Part shown: positions 8,830 to 18,286 of the stretch, one piece after another | How positions within the stretch are numbered: the stretch's first letter is position 1 | Layout: every line of letters begins with the position of its first letter | Virus record (IMG/VR): IMGVR_UViG_3300035145_001531 | DNA length: 64,000 bases | Source: an uncultured virus (IMG/VR IMGVR_UViG_3300035145_001531) | Taxonomy: Duplodnaviria > Heunggongvirae > Uroviricota > Caudoviricetes | Strand: one strand, 5' to 3' | Program-made: the position numbers and the translations under genes | The notes under the pieces: generated by a model | What the model was told of the DNA's origin: nothing | What the model saw: only the letters and a program-made list of their open reading frames with translations | Databases searched by the model: none

Positions 8830-10338
8830 ATGGAACTAAGTTTAACAGATAATAAGCAGTTTCTACGTGTTGATGAGGCGAGTGAGTTAGAGATAGAACA
8901 GCTTAACATCACTTTTAATCGTAGGATTGAGAACTGGCGATTCCACCCTCTTGTGAAAAAGGGTTTATGGGATGGCTATATCTCATATATTAAGGATGAT
9001 AAATGGATTCCTTCTGGCTTATGGAAAGAGATAATGGACCTGTGTAAGCAGTATAAGTTTGAGCTTAAGATGAATGGCGTTACCTCGTTGTTCGATCCTA
9101 GTGTAAAGCAAGAAGAGTTCACAGAGTGGGCAGAACAGTATTTCGACGGCCATGAAATTACACCTAGAGACTATCAGATTGAGGCCGCATATAATATCTT
9201 AAGGTTTAGAAGATGTCTAAGTGAATTAGCAACATCAGCAGGTAAAACCCTGATAACGTATATGGCTCTTGCGTATATGTTAGAGAAGGGTAAAGCAGGC
9301 AGAGTATTACTTATTGTCCCAAACGTTTCGCTAGTCGTACAGGCCTCTGAGGACTTCATGGACTATAACTGGCGTGCAGCTACTAATATTAAAATACAAC
9401 AGATCTACTCTGGTCAGAAAGTAAGACCCGGTAGAAACGTGGTAATCGGTACATATCAATCCCTAGTTAAAAAGGATAAAGAATACTTTGAGCAGTTTGA
9501 CGCTGTAATTATTGATGAGACTCATAAAGCCAAATCCACATCAATTAAAACTATTCTACAAAAGTGTACTGCTGCAAACTATCGTTTTGGTTTATCGGGT
9601 ACAATTCCAAAACCAAAAACATTAGATAGATTAACCTTAATGTCTCACACCGGACCTGTGATTACAGAGGTTAATGCAAACTTCTTACAACAAGAAGGCC
9701 ACATTGCAGGTTGTAATGTGAAAGTAATTAAAATGGATTATGCTCCACAAAGTACAAAGAATGCTTTTAGAGAGATGTCCCAAAACAGATATGAAAGTAA
9801 AGACGTTTTCAAATTCGAAAGCAATTATGTCATCAATTCAACAGGCCGCCTTAGTTTCATTTGCAACATTATTTCCAGAGTACGCGGCAATAGCCTTGTA
9901 CTTTTCCACAGGATTGAACATGGTAAGAGAATCTATGAGAAACTTCGCCAAGATAGCGATAAGCCAATTTACTATGTTGATGGCAACACCGATAAAGACA
10001 TCCGTGAAGAATATAAGAAGAAAATGGAAGCTGGCGCCCAGGTTGTTATTGTGGCTTCTTACGGTACATTTTCTACTGGTATTTCTATTAAAAAAATACA
10101 CAATATCTTCTTTACAGAATCGTTTAAGTCGGAAGTCATAATTAGACAATCGATCGGTCGAGGTCTAAGAAAACACCACACCAAATCAGAGGTTAATATT
10201 ATTGATTTTGTAGATGATTTAAGCTCACCGGACTGGGATAATTACCTTATCAGACACGCGAAGGCTAGGCAGAAGATCTACAAGGAGCAGAAGTTCCCTT
10301 TTGAGATAAAAAATGTAACTTTTGACGGTGATATATAA
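8830..10338 (+). CDS. uvsW: UvsW SF2 helicase
   Basis: PRDYQ, ATSAGKT, DETH, GLSGT, QSIGRGLR. Confidence 0.93.
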   Translation: MELSLTDNKQFLRVDEASELEIEQLNITFNRRIENWRFHPLVKKGLWDGYISYIKDDKWIPSGLWKEIMDLCKQYKFELKMNGVTSLFDPSVKQEEFTEWAEQYFDGHEITPRDYQIEAAYNILRFRRCLSELATSAGKTLITYMALAYMLEKGKAGRVLLIVPNVSLVVQASEDFMDYNWRAATNIKIQQIYSGQKVRPGRNVVIGTYQSLVKKDKEYFEQFDAVIIDETHKAKSTSIKTILQKCTAANYRFGLSGTIPKPKTLDRLTLMSHTGPVITEVNANFLQQEGHIAGCNVKVIKMDYAPQSTKNAFREMSQNRYESKDVFKFESNYVINSTGRLSFICNIISRVRGNSLVLFHRIEHGKRIYEKLRQDSDKPIYYVDGNTDKDIREEYKKKMEAGAQVVIVASYGTFSTGISIKKIHNIFFTESFKSEVIIRQSIGRGLRKHHTKSEVNIIDFVDDLSSPDWDNYLIRHAKARQKIYKEQKFPFEIKNVTFDGDI

Positions 10339-10374
10339 TACTATAGTAAAGTATTAAAAATAAATTCAATAAAA

Positions 10375-12225
10375 ATGGGTTCATTAAAACTACAATCTTT
10401 TGAAGAGTTTGCAAACGCTTCTGCAAAGGCAGCTGCTGTAAAACTTGAAGAGGAACAAAGCGCTGCAAGAAACGCTGCAGCAGATCAATTTAAATCTCTA
10501 TTAGCCGAGTTCGGCGCTACATCATTAAAAGATCTTAACGAAGAGGAAAGAGGCAAGTTTTACGCTAAACTTGGTGCTTCTGAAATCTCTGAGTCTGTAG
10601 CAATCATCGAAGAAGGCACGAGATCTCAAGTAGGTAGAATTACTAAAAGAGGTAAAATCGAATCAGTGTATATGCACTATGATGGTTATCCAGACCACAT
10701 GCTACCTACAATTAAAAAAGGATATAAGGACGGAGCTAACGTTCAACTACTGTTGAAGAAAGGAGGTGGCTCAGGCCTGGAAGCAGATCCAGCAAAGATT
10801 AATTTCTATGGAGATAAGCATGTATTGAAAGGTGACGCTAAAAATATTGATAAGTATCTAAAGGATGCTGACTATGATGGTGGTGCAGAATTCGTTTACC
10901 TATATGATGAAAGAGATGGTAAATGGTATATGGCTGACATCTATGGCGGCGGTGGTTTAACACCAGCATTTGAGTCATTTATTATTAACGAAGCGTTTGT
11001 ACCTTCTAAGGGTAATTTAAGAGACGCTAAGAAAGTGTCTAAGTCGTTAGAGCAAATTATGATGGAAGCGGTTGCTTTAACTAGAGATAAAGAGACTCAC
11101 CTAGGCGCAGTAAAATACTTATTAATGTATGCACTAGAAGATGCTAACTTCCACAGCTATATGGAACCCGTAGCTAAGAAGATTGGCGGAAAGATCAGAA
11201 CTATTATGGTATCGATCGATGAACTAGGTGGTATTGAACTTCCTATCGGTGCAAAAACAATCCAAAAATTCCTAGACCAAAGATACTCTAATTTATCTAG
11301 CGCAGCTGGATGGTCAGGTATCGGTCTTGTTGAGGGTGTTGCAATGTATCTAGATGGATGGGGCTTCTCAAAAGAGGCTCAAGCAATCGTAGATCAATTT
11401 AATCTAATCTGGCAAAATGAGTCAGTAATGAATGAGGGTAATGCATTCCTAGCAGCAAGAGCAAAAGCAATCGAGGAAGATGCTGAAGAGTTCGAGTTTA
11501 ACGGTAAGACTTACCCGGTTATTAAAGAATCTGATGAGGCTATCTGTGAAGCAACTGTTGAGATGGATGCATTAGATCCAGATAATAAAGACTTCTTAAA
11601 GTTCTTAAAGAAGAACAGGGTTAAAATCATTAATAAAGTTATGGACGGTCCAGGCGGAGGTACACCAGTTATTACAATGCAGGGTAAAAGAAAAGACCTT
11701 GAAAAAGTATTAGCAGATCCAGAACTTGGTTGGGACGATCCAGATTTAGCAGAATATATTGAAGAAGGTAACGCTTTCGGTGCTGCAAGAGCTGAGGCTA
11801 TTGCTAAAGGTGATGACAAATTCAAAGTAGGAGACGAAGAATATCCAGTTGAAGACGTTGACGCTGAAGATAAAGAGAACGCTGAAGAGTTTGCAGCAGA
11901 AGGTAATGCTTTCGGTGCTGCAAGAGCAGAGGCTATCGCTAAAGGCGAAAAAGAATTTACAGTAGACGGAGAAACTTACCCGGTTGAAGACGTTGACGCT
12001 GAAGATAAAGAGAACGCTGAAGAGTTTGCTAACGAAGAAGCAGTTACAGAGGCTGAAGTAAAATCAGACGAAGATTTTAAAGAGTATGCATTCTCTGTTT
12101 TACAAAAAGCATTCGGTGATAAATTTGATGAAGAAAAAGCACAAGAAGTTGTAGACGGTTTATTGTCTAAGCACGGTGAAGATTATGGTGCAGCAGTAGG
12201 TGCATTACAATCGTCATTAGGATAA
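10375..12225 (+). CDS. Modular putative internal head polyprotein
   Basis: LQSFEEF N-terminus; modules separated by IEE/INE/MNE/VTE; three EGNAF repeats; late promoter at 10330. Confidence 0.6.
   Translation: MGSLKLQSFEEFANASAKAAAVKLEEEQSAARNAAADQFKSLLAEFGATSLKDLNEEERGKFYAKLGASEISESVAIIEEGTRSQVGRITKRGKIESVYMHYDGYPDHMLPTIKKGYKDGANVQLLLKKGGGSGLEADPAKINFYGDKHVLKGDAKNIDKYLKDADYDGGAEFVYLYDERDGKWYMADIYGGGGLTPAFESFIINEAFVPSKGNLRDAKKVSKSLEQIMMEAVALTRDKETHLGAVKYLLMYALEDANFHSYMEPVAKKIGGKIRTIMVSIDELGGIELPIGAKTIQKFLDQRYSNLSSAAGWSGIGLVEGVAMYLDGWGFSKEAQAIVDQFNLIWQNESVMNEGNAFLAARAKAIEEDAEEFEFNGKTYPVIKESDEAICEATVEMDALDPDNKDFLKFLKKNRVKIINKVMDGPGGGTPVITMQGKRKDLEKVLADPELGWDDPDLAEYIEEGNAFGAARAEAIAKGDDKFKVGDEEYPVEDVDAEDKENAEEFAAEGNAFGAARAEAIAKGEKEFTVDGETYPVEDVDAEDKENAEEFANEEAVTEAEVKSDEDFKEYAFSVLQKAFGDKFDEEKAQEVVDGLLSKHGEDYGAAVGALQSSLG
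11764..12033 (+). repeat. Two tandem 135-bp (45-aa) repeats EGNAFGAARAEAIAKG...YPVEDVDAEDKENAEEFA
   Basis: Units start at 11764 and 11899; a third degenerate copy lies near 11434-11520. Confidence 0.9.
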
Positions 12226-12243
12226 ACAAAAACCAAACTTCTT

Positions 12244-13515
12244 ATGAAGATTTATACAAACTTTCAAGAATTCTTAAACGAAAAAGTCCAGGTTAATAAC
12301 TTGGACAATTTCGTATTTGAAGGTGGCGCCGCGGGCCACATGATGCACCCGTTTGATGACCATTCATTAACATTTGGTGATTTTAAAACTATCGTAAGAT
12401 CTGCTTTACAAGGAGGTCTAGATTTTGAAGAGGCACCAACTGAAAAGACAGATGGCCAGAATGTATTCGCAACAGTAAAGGACGGTAAGGCTATGTTTGC
12501 CAGAAACAAGGGGCAATTAGCTAATCCACTTGACCTAAACGGTATTATTGAGATGTTTACTGGCCACGCTTCAAAGCTAGTTGAAGAAACATTCATCTTC
12601 GCCGCTAAAGATTTAGCAGAAGCACTGCCAAAGATCAAGGACCAATCGGTATTCATGGACGGTAGGGCTTTTATCAACATGGAGCTTATTTACTCTAAGA
12701 ACCCTAATGTAATCTATTACGACAGAGATGTTATTCAATTCCACGGTATGAAAGTTACCGATGGTAATGGTAATATCATTAGTGAAGAGAATATCGCAGC
12801 AGATATTGTAAAAGCACTACAAGACTTAAAGGCCGATGTGCAAAAGACCTTTACTATAATTCCCCCTCAAATTTTAAAGATAGGAAAAGACATTAACTTT
12901 GACGAGAGAGTCGGCTATTACGAAAAGGCGATAAATAAACTAAGAGATACTTATAGTCTATCGGATCAAGATGAGGTTAAAATGTATCACGAGGCTTGGT
13001 GGAGAAACCAAATCGAAGAGAATTTTGCAGATTTAGACCCGGCATTAAAAGAGGGACTCTTATTAAGATGGGCGTACCTAGACAAGAAGACTCTAAATAT
13101 GAGAGAGTTAAAGAAGGCAGTTACTCCAGAACAAGCAAAGGCCGTTAAAGATTTTGATGGTCAAAGAAACAAGAAGTATAAAGAAAACATTCTACCTTTT
13201 GAGAACTTATTTTTAGAATTAGGCGCAGATGTTTTAAAGAATGTTTCTAATTTTGTTGCTGCTAATCCAGAAGCTGAGAAAGCAAGATTACACAAGCAGA
13301 TCAGAACTGAAGCTGACAAGGTTAAAAAGAACGGCGATCTAAAACAGATTGAGAAGGTAGAAAAAGAATTAAAAAGACTAGAAGGTATCGGCGGTATTGA
13401 GTCAATCATTCCAACCGAGGGCCTAGTCTTTAAATACAATGGTAAAACATTCAAGTTAACTGGGACTTTTGCCGCTATTAACCAGTTAATGGGTATTATT
13501 AAATACGGTAGATAA
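12244..13515 (+). CDS. RNA-ligase-like nucleotidyltransferase (DUF6267-like)
   Basis: Motif I TEKTDGQN, motif IV EGLVFK, motif V-like FKLTG; GHMMHPFD N-terminal motif. Confidence 0.65.
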   Translation: MKIYTNFQEFLNEKVQVNNLDNFVFEGGAAGHMMHPFDDHSLTFGDFKTIVRSALQGGLDFEEAPTEKTDGQNVFATVKDGKAMFARNKGQLANPLDLNGIIEMFTGHASKLVEETFIFAAKDLAEALPKIKDQSVFMDGRAFINMELIYSKNPNVIYYDRDVIQFHGMKVTDGNGNIISEENIAADIVKALQDLKADVQKTFTIIPPQILKIGKDINFDERVGYYEKAINKLRDTYSLSDQDEVKMYHEAWWRNQIEENFADLDPALKEGLLLRWAYLDKKTLNMRELKKAVTPEQAKAVKDFDGQRNKKYKENILPFENLFLELGADVLKNVSNFVAANPEAEKARLHKQIRTEADKVKKNGDLKQIEKVEKELKRLEGIGGIESIIPTEGLVFKYNGKTFKLTGTFAAINQLMGIIKYGR

Positions 13516-13524
13516 TAAACTATT

Positions 13525-15387
13525 ATGGCATTACAGAATTTAAAAACATATTTCGAAGGCGCTAACATATCAGACGTCGATAATCTTCTTAGCAACAAGT
13601 GTATTGTAACCGAGAAGATTGATGCATCTTCTTTTCACGTCAAAAGAGACGGATCTGATTTTTTATTCTATAAGTCTGGCTCTAAACAAGAAATGGATCT
13701 AGTAGATCGCACGATTGTTAGATACTACGAGAATGCTATTAGATACTTTAGATCTGTATCTGAAGGCGCTGTAAAAGACATGCCATTCGACTGGAAATTT
13801 GGTTTTGATTATTTAGTAGATAATAAGACTGTTGATATTGAGTATGACATACTTCCAAAGTCTAATCTTATTCTAACGCATATCCAAGTTTTGCAACCAT
13901 CTAATCCTACTAAGATTAGAAAGGTAATTAGAGACACTAAGGTCCTAAATAAATGGGCAGATAAGTTAGGTGTCGCTGGACCTCCAGTTTTATTTGAGGG
14001 TCTATTAGACTCGGGCCAGAAAGATGCAATTAAAGCTCTATTGGCGATGTCAGTTAATGAGTTTGAGCAGAAATTTGAAGATAAAGATAAGCCTACATTT
14101 ACTAGAAACGTCTTTGGTATTTTTAACCAGAACATGAAGCAATCAGCTTTAATGAATGACCTGTCTAAGGATGTTGCTGGCTTTATTGTTAACTTCCATG
14201 ATGGAAAAGAGTTGAAGTCTTTTAAACTAGAGAAGTTTAATAAAAAACCGGCTGAAGAGAGAAAACCTTCAGACATGTATCAAATCACAATCTTAGATAT
14301 TGTAGAGCACTTAACTCAATTTGACTTTGAATCAATACAACTAAAAGAAGAGCAATCAGATTTAAGATATTTAGAACTAATGTCAGGTGTTTTTAATGAC
14401 TATGTCGAAAAGAATGCTACTAAATATATTGGCGCTAAATTTGATTCTGCTGACTTTTCAGAATCTCCTCTATTTGAATTAAACCACAAGTTTATTCAAA
14501 ATGAAAAGACCTTAACATTAGTACAAGATAGAATCTTATCAGAGCTATTTAAAATTACATTAGGTTCTTTTAGAAAGAAGAGAAATAAAGAAACAGATAT
14601 TATCAATGCCGATCTAATGAATACTATCAACGATATTGTAGAAAAGATTGAGGGTACGGTGATGGCAAAAACAAACGAAGGCGACGTTATGAATTTCAAT
14701 CAATATTTATTAAACCAAAAGATTTCGGCACAAGTTAGTCCAATCACAGAGGGTTTAACTGTTAATTATCCAGAACAGGGTAGTAAGCCAGTTAACATGT
14801 TTGTTGGTAGATTCCAACCATTCACGTTAGGTCATGCTAAGGTGGTTGAAACTATCTACAAGCAAAACGGACATCCAGTAGTTATCTTCTTAATTAAGTC
14901 TAAAACTAGAAAGGCAGAAGATGCATTTAAGAGACCTTATGATGAAGAAACTCAAATGTCAATGTTAGACAAATTAAAGTCTAAATATCCTATTGAGAAA
15001 GTTTATATCTTAGATAGAGCAGCAATTGATCTAATGTTTAATACAATGAGAGCTGATGGCTACGAGCCAGTACTTTGGGGAACAGGAACTGATAGACTTA
15101 AGACCTATTCATACCAAGTCGATAAGCCAGAATATAGAGAAGATCTTGGAGTGAGAGATGATTTCGGTTTATTTGAAATACCAAGGACAGGTAAGAATAT
15201 CTCAGCTACTCAGGTTAGAAACGCAATGTTAGATAACGACGAGAAGATGTTTAAAAAATTAACACCCAAAGGCATCCATAGTATGTATGGAGAATTAAAA
15301 ACTAAATTAGAGGATTCAATGGGAGTAGTTGCGGAGTCATCGCAACCAGAGTTCTTAACCTTCGAAGCCTTTTTGAAGAATATATAA
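13525..15387 (+). CDS. Fusion: degenerate ligase-like N-terminal domain + HIGH-superfamily (cytidylyltransferase-like) nucleotidyltransferase
   Basis: VTEKIDAS near the N-terminus; GRFQPFTLGH, GTDR and ISATQVRNA in the C-terminal third. Confidence 0.75.
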   Translation: MALQNLKTYFEGANISDVDNLLSNKCIVTEKIDASSFHVKRDGSDFLFYKSGSKQEMDLVDRTIVRYYENAIRYFRSVSEGAVKDMPFDWKFGFDYLVDNKTVDIEYDILPKSNLILTHIQVLQPSNPTKIRKVIRDTKVLNKWADKLGVAGPPVLFEGLLDSGQKDAIKALLAMSVNEFEQKFEDKDKPTFTRNVFGIFNQNMKQSALMNDLSKDVAGFIVNFHDGKELKSFKLEKFNKKPAEERKPSDMYQITILDIVEHLTQFDFESIQLKEEQSDLRYLELMSGVFNDYVEKNATKYIGAKFDSADFSESPLFELNHKFIQNEKTLTLVQDRILSELFKITLGSFRKKRNKETDIINADLMNTINDIVEKIEGTVMAKTNEGDVMNFNQYLLNQKISAQVSPITEGLTVNYPEQGSKPVNMFVGRFQPFTLGHAKVVETIYKQNGHPVVIFLIKSKTRKAEDAFKRPYDEETQMSMLDKLKSKYPIEKVYILDRAAIDLMFNTMRADGYEPVLWGTGTDRLKTYSYQVDKPEYREDLGVRDDFGLFEIPRTGKNISATQVRNAMLDNDEKMFKKLTPKGIHSMYGELKTKLEDSMGVVAESSQPEFLTFEAFLKNI

Positions 15388-15406
15388 ACAAACAGATTAT
15401 ATTAAT

Positions 15407-15790
15407 ATGAGAAATATAAAAACATTCGAAGCGTTTAAAAACTCAGTAAATGAGTCAATTCAATTCGGTTCTTATTATTATAGTACTAGAACAGCATTCG
15501 GTGAGCATAGTGACAACCTACCAGAAAAAGGCAATACAAAGTATTTAGTATTTGCACATAATGAAGTAGATTTCTATGGCCAAAGAATTAGATTAGAAAA
15601 CGGCGGTAGCAATAAACAACATATCGGCATTTTTGACGATGAGGCTAGTGCGGCAGACGCGTACAATACTGCTATGAAAAAACCAGATGGTGTTTATATT
15701 TCATTCTCAATGGGAACACTTTACGCAAAGTCTAAGTTCTCATTCCAATATGAAGAAACACAGGGTAAACTAGCAAAAATTAAAGCATAA
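15407..15790 (+). CDS. Putative internal head protein
   Basis: MRNIKTFEAFKNSVNE leader; promoter variant AATATATA at 15379. Confidence 0.55.
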   Translation: MRNIKTFEAFKNSVNESIQFGSYYYSTRTAFGEHSDNLPEKGNTKYLVFAHNEVDFYGQRIRLENGGSNKQHIGIFDDEASAADAYNTAMKKPDGVYISFSMGTLYAKSKFSFQYEETQGKLAKIKA

Positions 15791-15792
15791 TC

Positions 15793-18285
15793 ATGGCAAC
15801 ATTTGAAGACTTTTTATCAGAAGGTAAAAAAATACAAATCAAAAGAAAGTATACAGAGAATCACCCTGCACAAACAGTGGGCAAGACTGCTAATGTAAGA
15901 AATGCAGTACTTAAAGCAATTGCTGATGGTATGGTAACAAGAGAAGAGTTTAACTCTATTATTGCTGAACTTTCTGCTAATTCTAGCCAATGGGCTTCTA
16001 GAAATAGAAAATACTTTAATGTTTCTGAAGAGGGCATTAAGCTTTCAAGATGGGGTCGTAGAATTCTAGCTGAACTAGATGAAACTCCTAAAGCTGCTGA
16101 ACTTAACGAGAAAGTTAAAGTTACAAAAGATAAATTCCCATACATTGAGTTTAAAGATGGTGGTAAGAAGTATGAAGTAGAATTTGACCAAGGTGATATT
16201 ATTGACGACCACGGTAACGAGGGTAAAGACTGGTATTATGTCGGCGTTGACCAATTTGGCGATGAGTGGGAAATTGATGTTTACACTGATTTCAGAGATG
16301 AGCCAGAAGATTGGTTTCATGATACTATTAAGAGAGTTGATGAGTCAAAAGTTAATGAAGCTAAATTTGTAAAAGAATTTGATAAAGCAGTTCTAGATGC
16401 TGAAACAGAACAAGATGTTTTAAAAGTATATCCTACAGCTGAATTTTATGTAGGTAAAATGTCACACTTCTTTGGAGAACTAGAACCAAACTTATTCTTT
16501 AAAGCTTATTATGCAGATTGGTATAAGAAAGATACTGGTAAATCAATTAAAGGTGACTTTAAAATTACTACAATCTACTCAGAGAAGGGTAGTAGATACG
16601 TAAACTTATATGTAGAAGAATCTGCAGTTACTGAAAACTATGAAGTAATCTGGTCTGACGGAATGAGAGGCCTGAAGAAATTCAGAAATGAAAGACAGGC
16701 TAGACAATATTTCGACGATAAGATCAAACAAAAGGGTATGAGAGATGTTGCTTTATATAGAGCAGGCTCTGGTTTTCACTCAACAACACAAACAGAATAT
16801 GTAATTGCATTTTGGGGTGATGGCACTTACCTGGATAACGTATCTAAGAGAGATGCAGATCTAGCAGCTAAAAAAGTAGAAGAATCAGTAGTTAACGAGG
16901 CATTCAAATTCGGTACTAAAAATCAGTACTCAATGGATGATGTTAATGATGGCTATGGTTTTTGGGGTACTTTAGAAATGCACTACGATGAAAAAGAGGT
17001 ACAAGACCACTGGTTAGTCGCGTTTATTCACCTAACAGGTAACTTAGGCTTCTCTGATGCAGGTGCATTATATTTCCTAAACGCGAAATCAGGTAGATGG
17101 TTAGCAGATCAAGTTAACGATAAAGAGGGTATGAACTTTGATCTAATAGATGTAATGGATGCATACGCAAAATCATCTCAATGGAAAAAATGGGCAAAAG
17201 AATATAACGACTATGCCCAAGAAGAATTAGCAGAAAATAATAATACAAATATGAAAACAGAATTCCTATTCGAGTCATTTAGTGATTTCGTTGGCGCTAA
17301 TTTTCTCAACGAGAAATTAGGTAGCCAGATTATGGCTGATATTTTTATGTCTAATAAGCAAGGCAAAGCTGCTGCGCAAAACATTAAAACCTTAGCAAGG
17401 GGTTTTTATGGTATGGCTAAAGTAGCCCTAGATAAAATCCAGGATGAAGATTTTATTGTGAGTAACGATCCAGGTAAAGTATTTAAAAATTACGGCGGAC
17501 CTAACCACATTTTATTCTTTATTTCAGATAACGAGAAAGAGAACCCATACTTCCCAGTAGATTCTTATGGTTCATTAAGAACAATCCCGGGCGGTGGTAT
17601 TCTACTAGCAGCAATGTCTGGTGATAGAATGTTCTTCGCTAACGAGTGGTCTAGATGGTCAGGTGGCGGAACTTGGACTAAGCAAAAGAAGGGTGATGAA
17701 AGCCAAATTGGTGTTTCTCATAGATATAGAGGCTGGGATGCAACCGGACTTAACAACGGTAAGAGAATCTCAGAAGTTTCTGATAGAGTAATTGTACTTA
17801 ACCTAGATTTAGTAAGACAAAAGTATTCTACTGCTCAATTAAGAGATGCTAGAGCTGCTGCTAAAGCAGGAGCTACCGCGTTCCAATCTGATAAAGACTT
17901 CAAGAAGGCTAATATGGCTAGATACCAACAGATTTTAGCCAATAAAGCAGCAAGCCTACCTTTAGACAGTATGGTTGAAGGTGCGATCGATATGTTGACT
18001 AAGCAGATCCAAGACGGTTTAAAGAAAGGTGAGAAGACTCAGTATAATGAAATTAAAATTGGAGAATCTCCTAAAGGTAGAGAAGTAAAAGCTAGAGATG
18101 CTTCTAGCCACATGTCTTCTATTCTTGATGACTACCAAAGATATTGTGACTATGTTAAACAGGCTGAAGAGTCAGAGGCTAGATATGGAGAAAGAGAGTC
18201 TTACTATGAAAGAGAGTCTAAAGATTACGCGAAAAGAATTAAAGATAAGATTAACAAAATAGAAACATTCGATTACGCTTGGTAA
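15793..18285 (+). CDS. Modular putative internal head polyprotein (830 aa)
   Basis: MATFEDFLSE leader; linkers AELNE, ESKVNE, ESAVTE, ESVVNE, FLNE delimit ~80-110-aa modules. Confidence 0.6.
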   Translation: MATFEDFLSEGKKIQIKRKYTENHPAQTVGKTANVRNAVLKAIADGMVTREEFNSIIAELSANSSQWASRNRKYFNVSEEGIKLSRWGRRILAELDETPKAAELNEKVKVTKDKFPYIEFKDGGKKYEVEFDQGDIIDDHGNEGKDWYYVGVDQFGDEWEIDVYTDFRDEPEDWFHDTIKRVDESKVNEAKFVKEFDKAVLDAETEQDVLKVYPTAEFYVGKMSHFFGELEPNLFFKAYYADWYKKDTGKSIKGDFKITTIYSEKGSRYVNLYVEESAVTENYEVIWSDGMRGLKKFRNERQARQYFDDKIKQKGMRDVALYRAGSGFHSTTQTEYVIAFWGDGTYLDNVSKRDADLAAKKVEESVVNEAFKFGTKNQYSMDDVNDGYGFWGTLEMHYDEKEVQDHWLVAFIHLTGNLGFSDAGALYFLNAKSGRWLADQVNDKEGMNFDLIDVMDAYAKSSQWKKWAKEYNDYAQEELAENNNTNMKTEFLFESFSDFVGANFLNEKLGSQIMADIFMSNKQGKAAAQNIKTLARGFYGMAKVALDKIQDEDFIVSNDPGKVFKNYGGPNHILFFISDNEKENPYFPVDSYGSLRTIPGGGILLAAMSGDRMFFANEWSRWSGGGTWTKQKKGDESQIGVSHRYRGWDATGLNNGKRISEVSDRVIVLNLDLVRQKYSTAQLRDARAAAKAGATAFQSDKDFKKANMARYQQILANKAASLPLDSMVEGAIDMLTKQIQDGLKKGEKTQYNEIKIGESPKGREVKARDASSHMSSILDDYQRYCDYVKQAEESEARYGERESYYERESKDYAKRIKDKINKIETFDYAW

Positions 18286-18286
18286 T

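Noticed and set aside
11764..12033. Near-identical repeats as DGR template/variable repeat or CRISPR
   Set aside because: In-frame coding tandem duplication; differences are not adenine-specific and no reverse transcriptase or cas gene is in the window.
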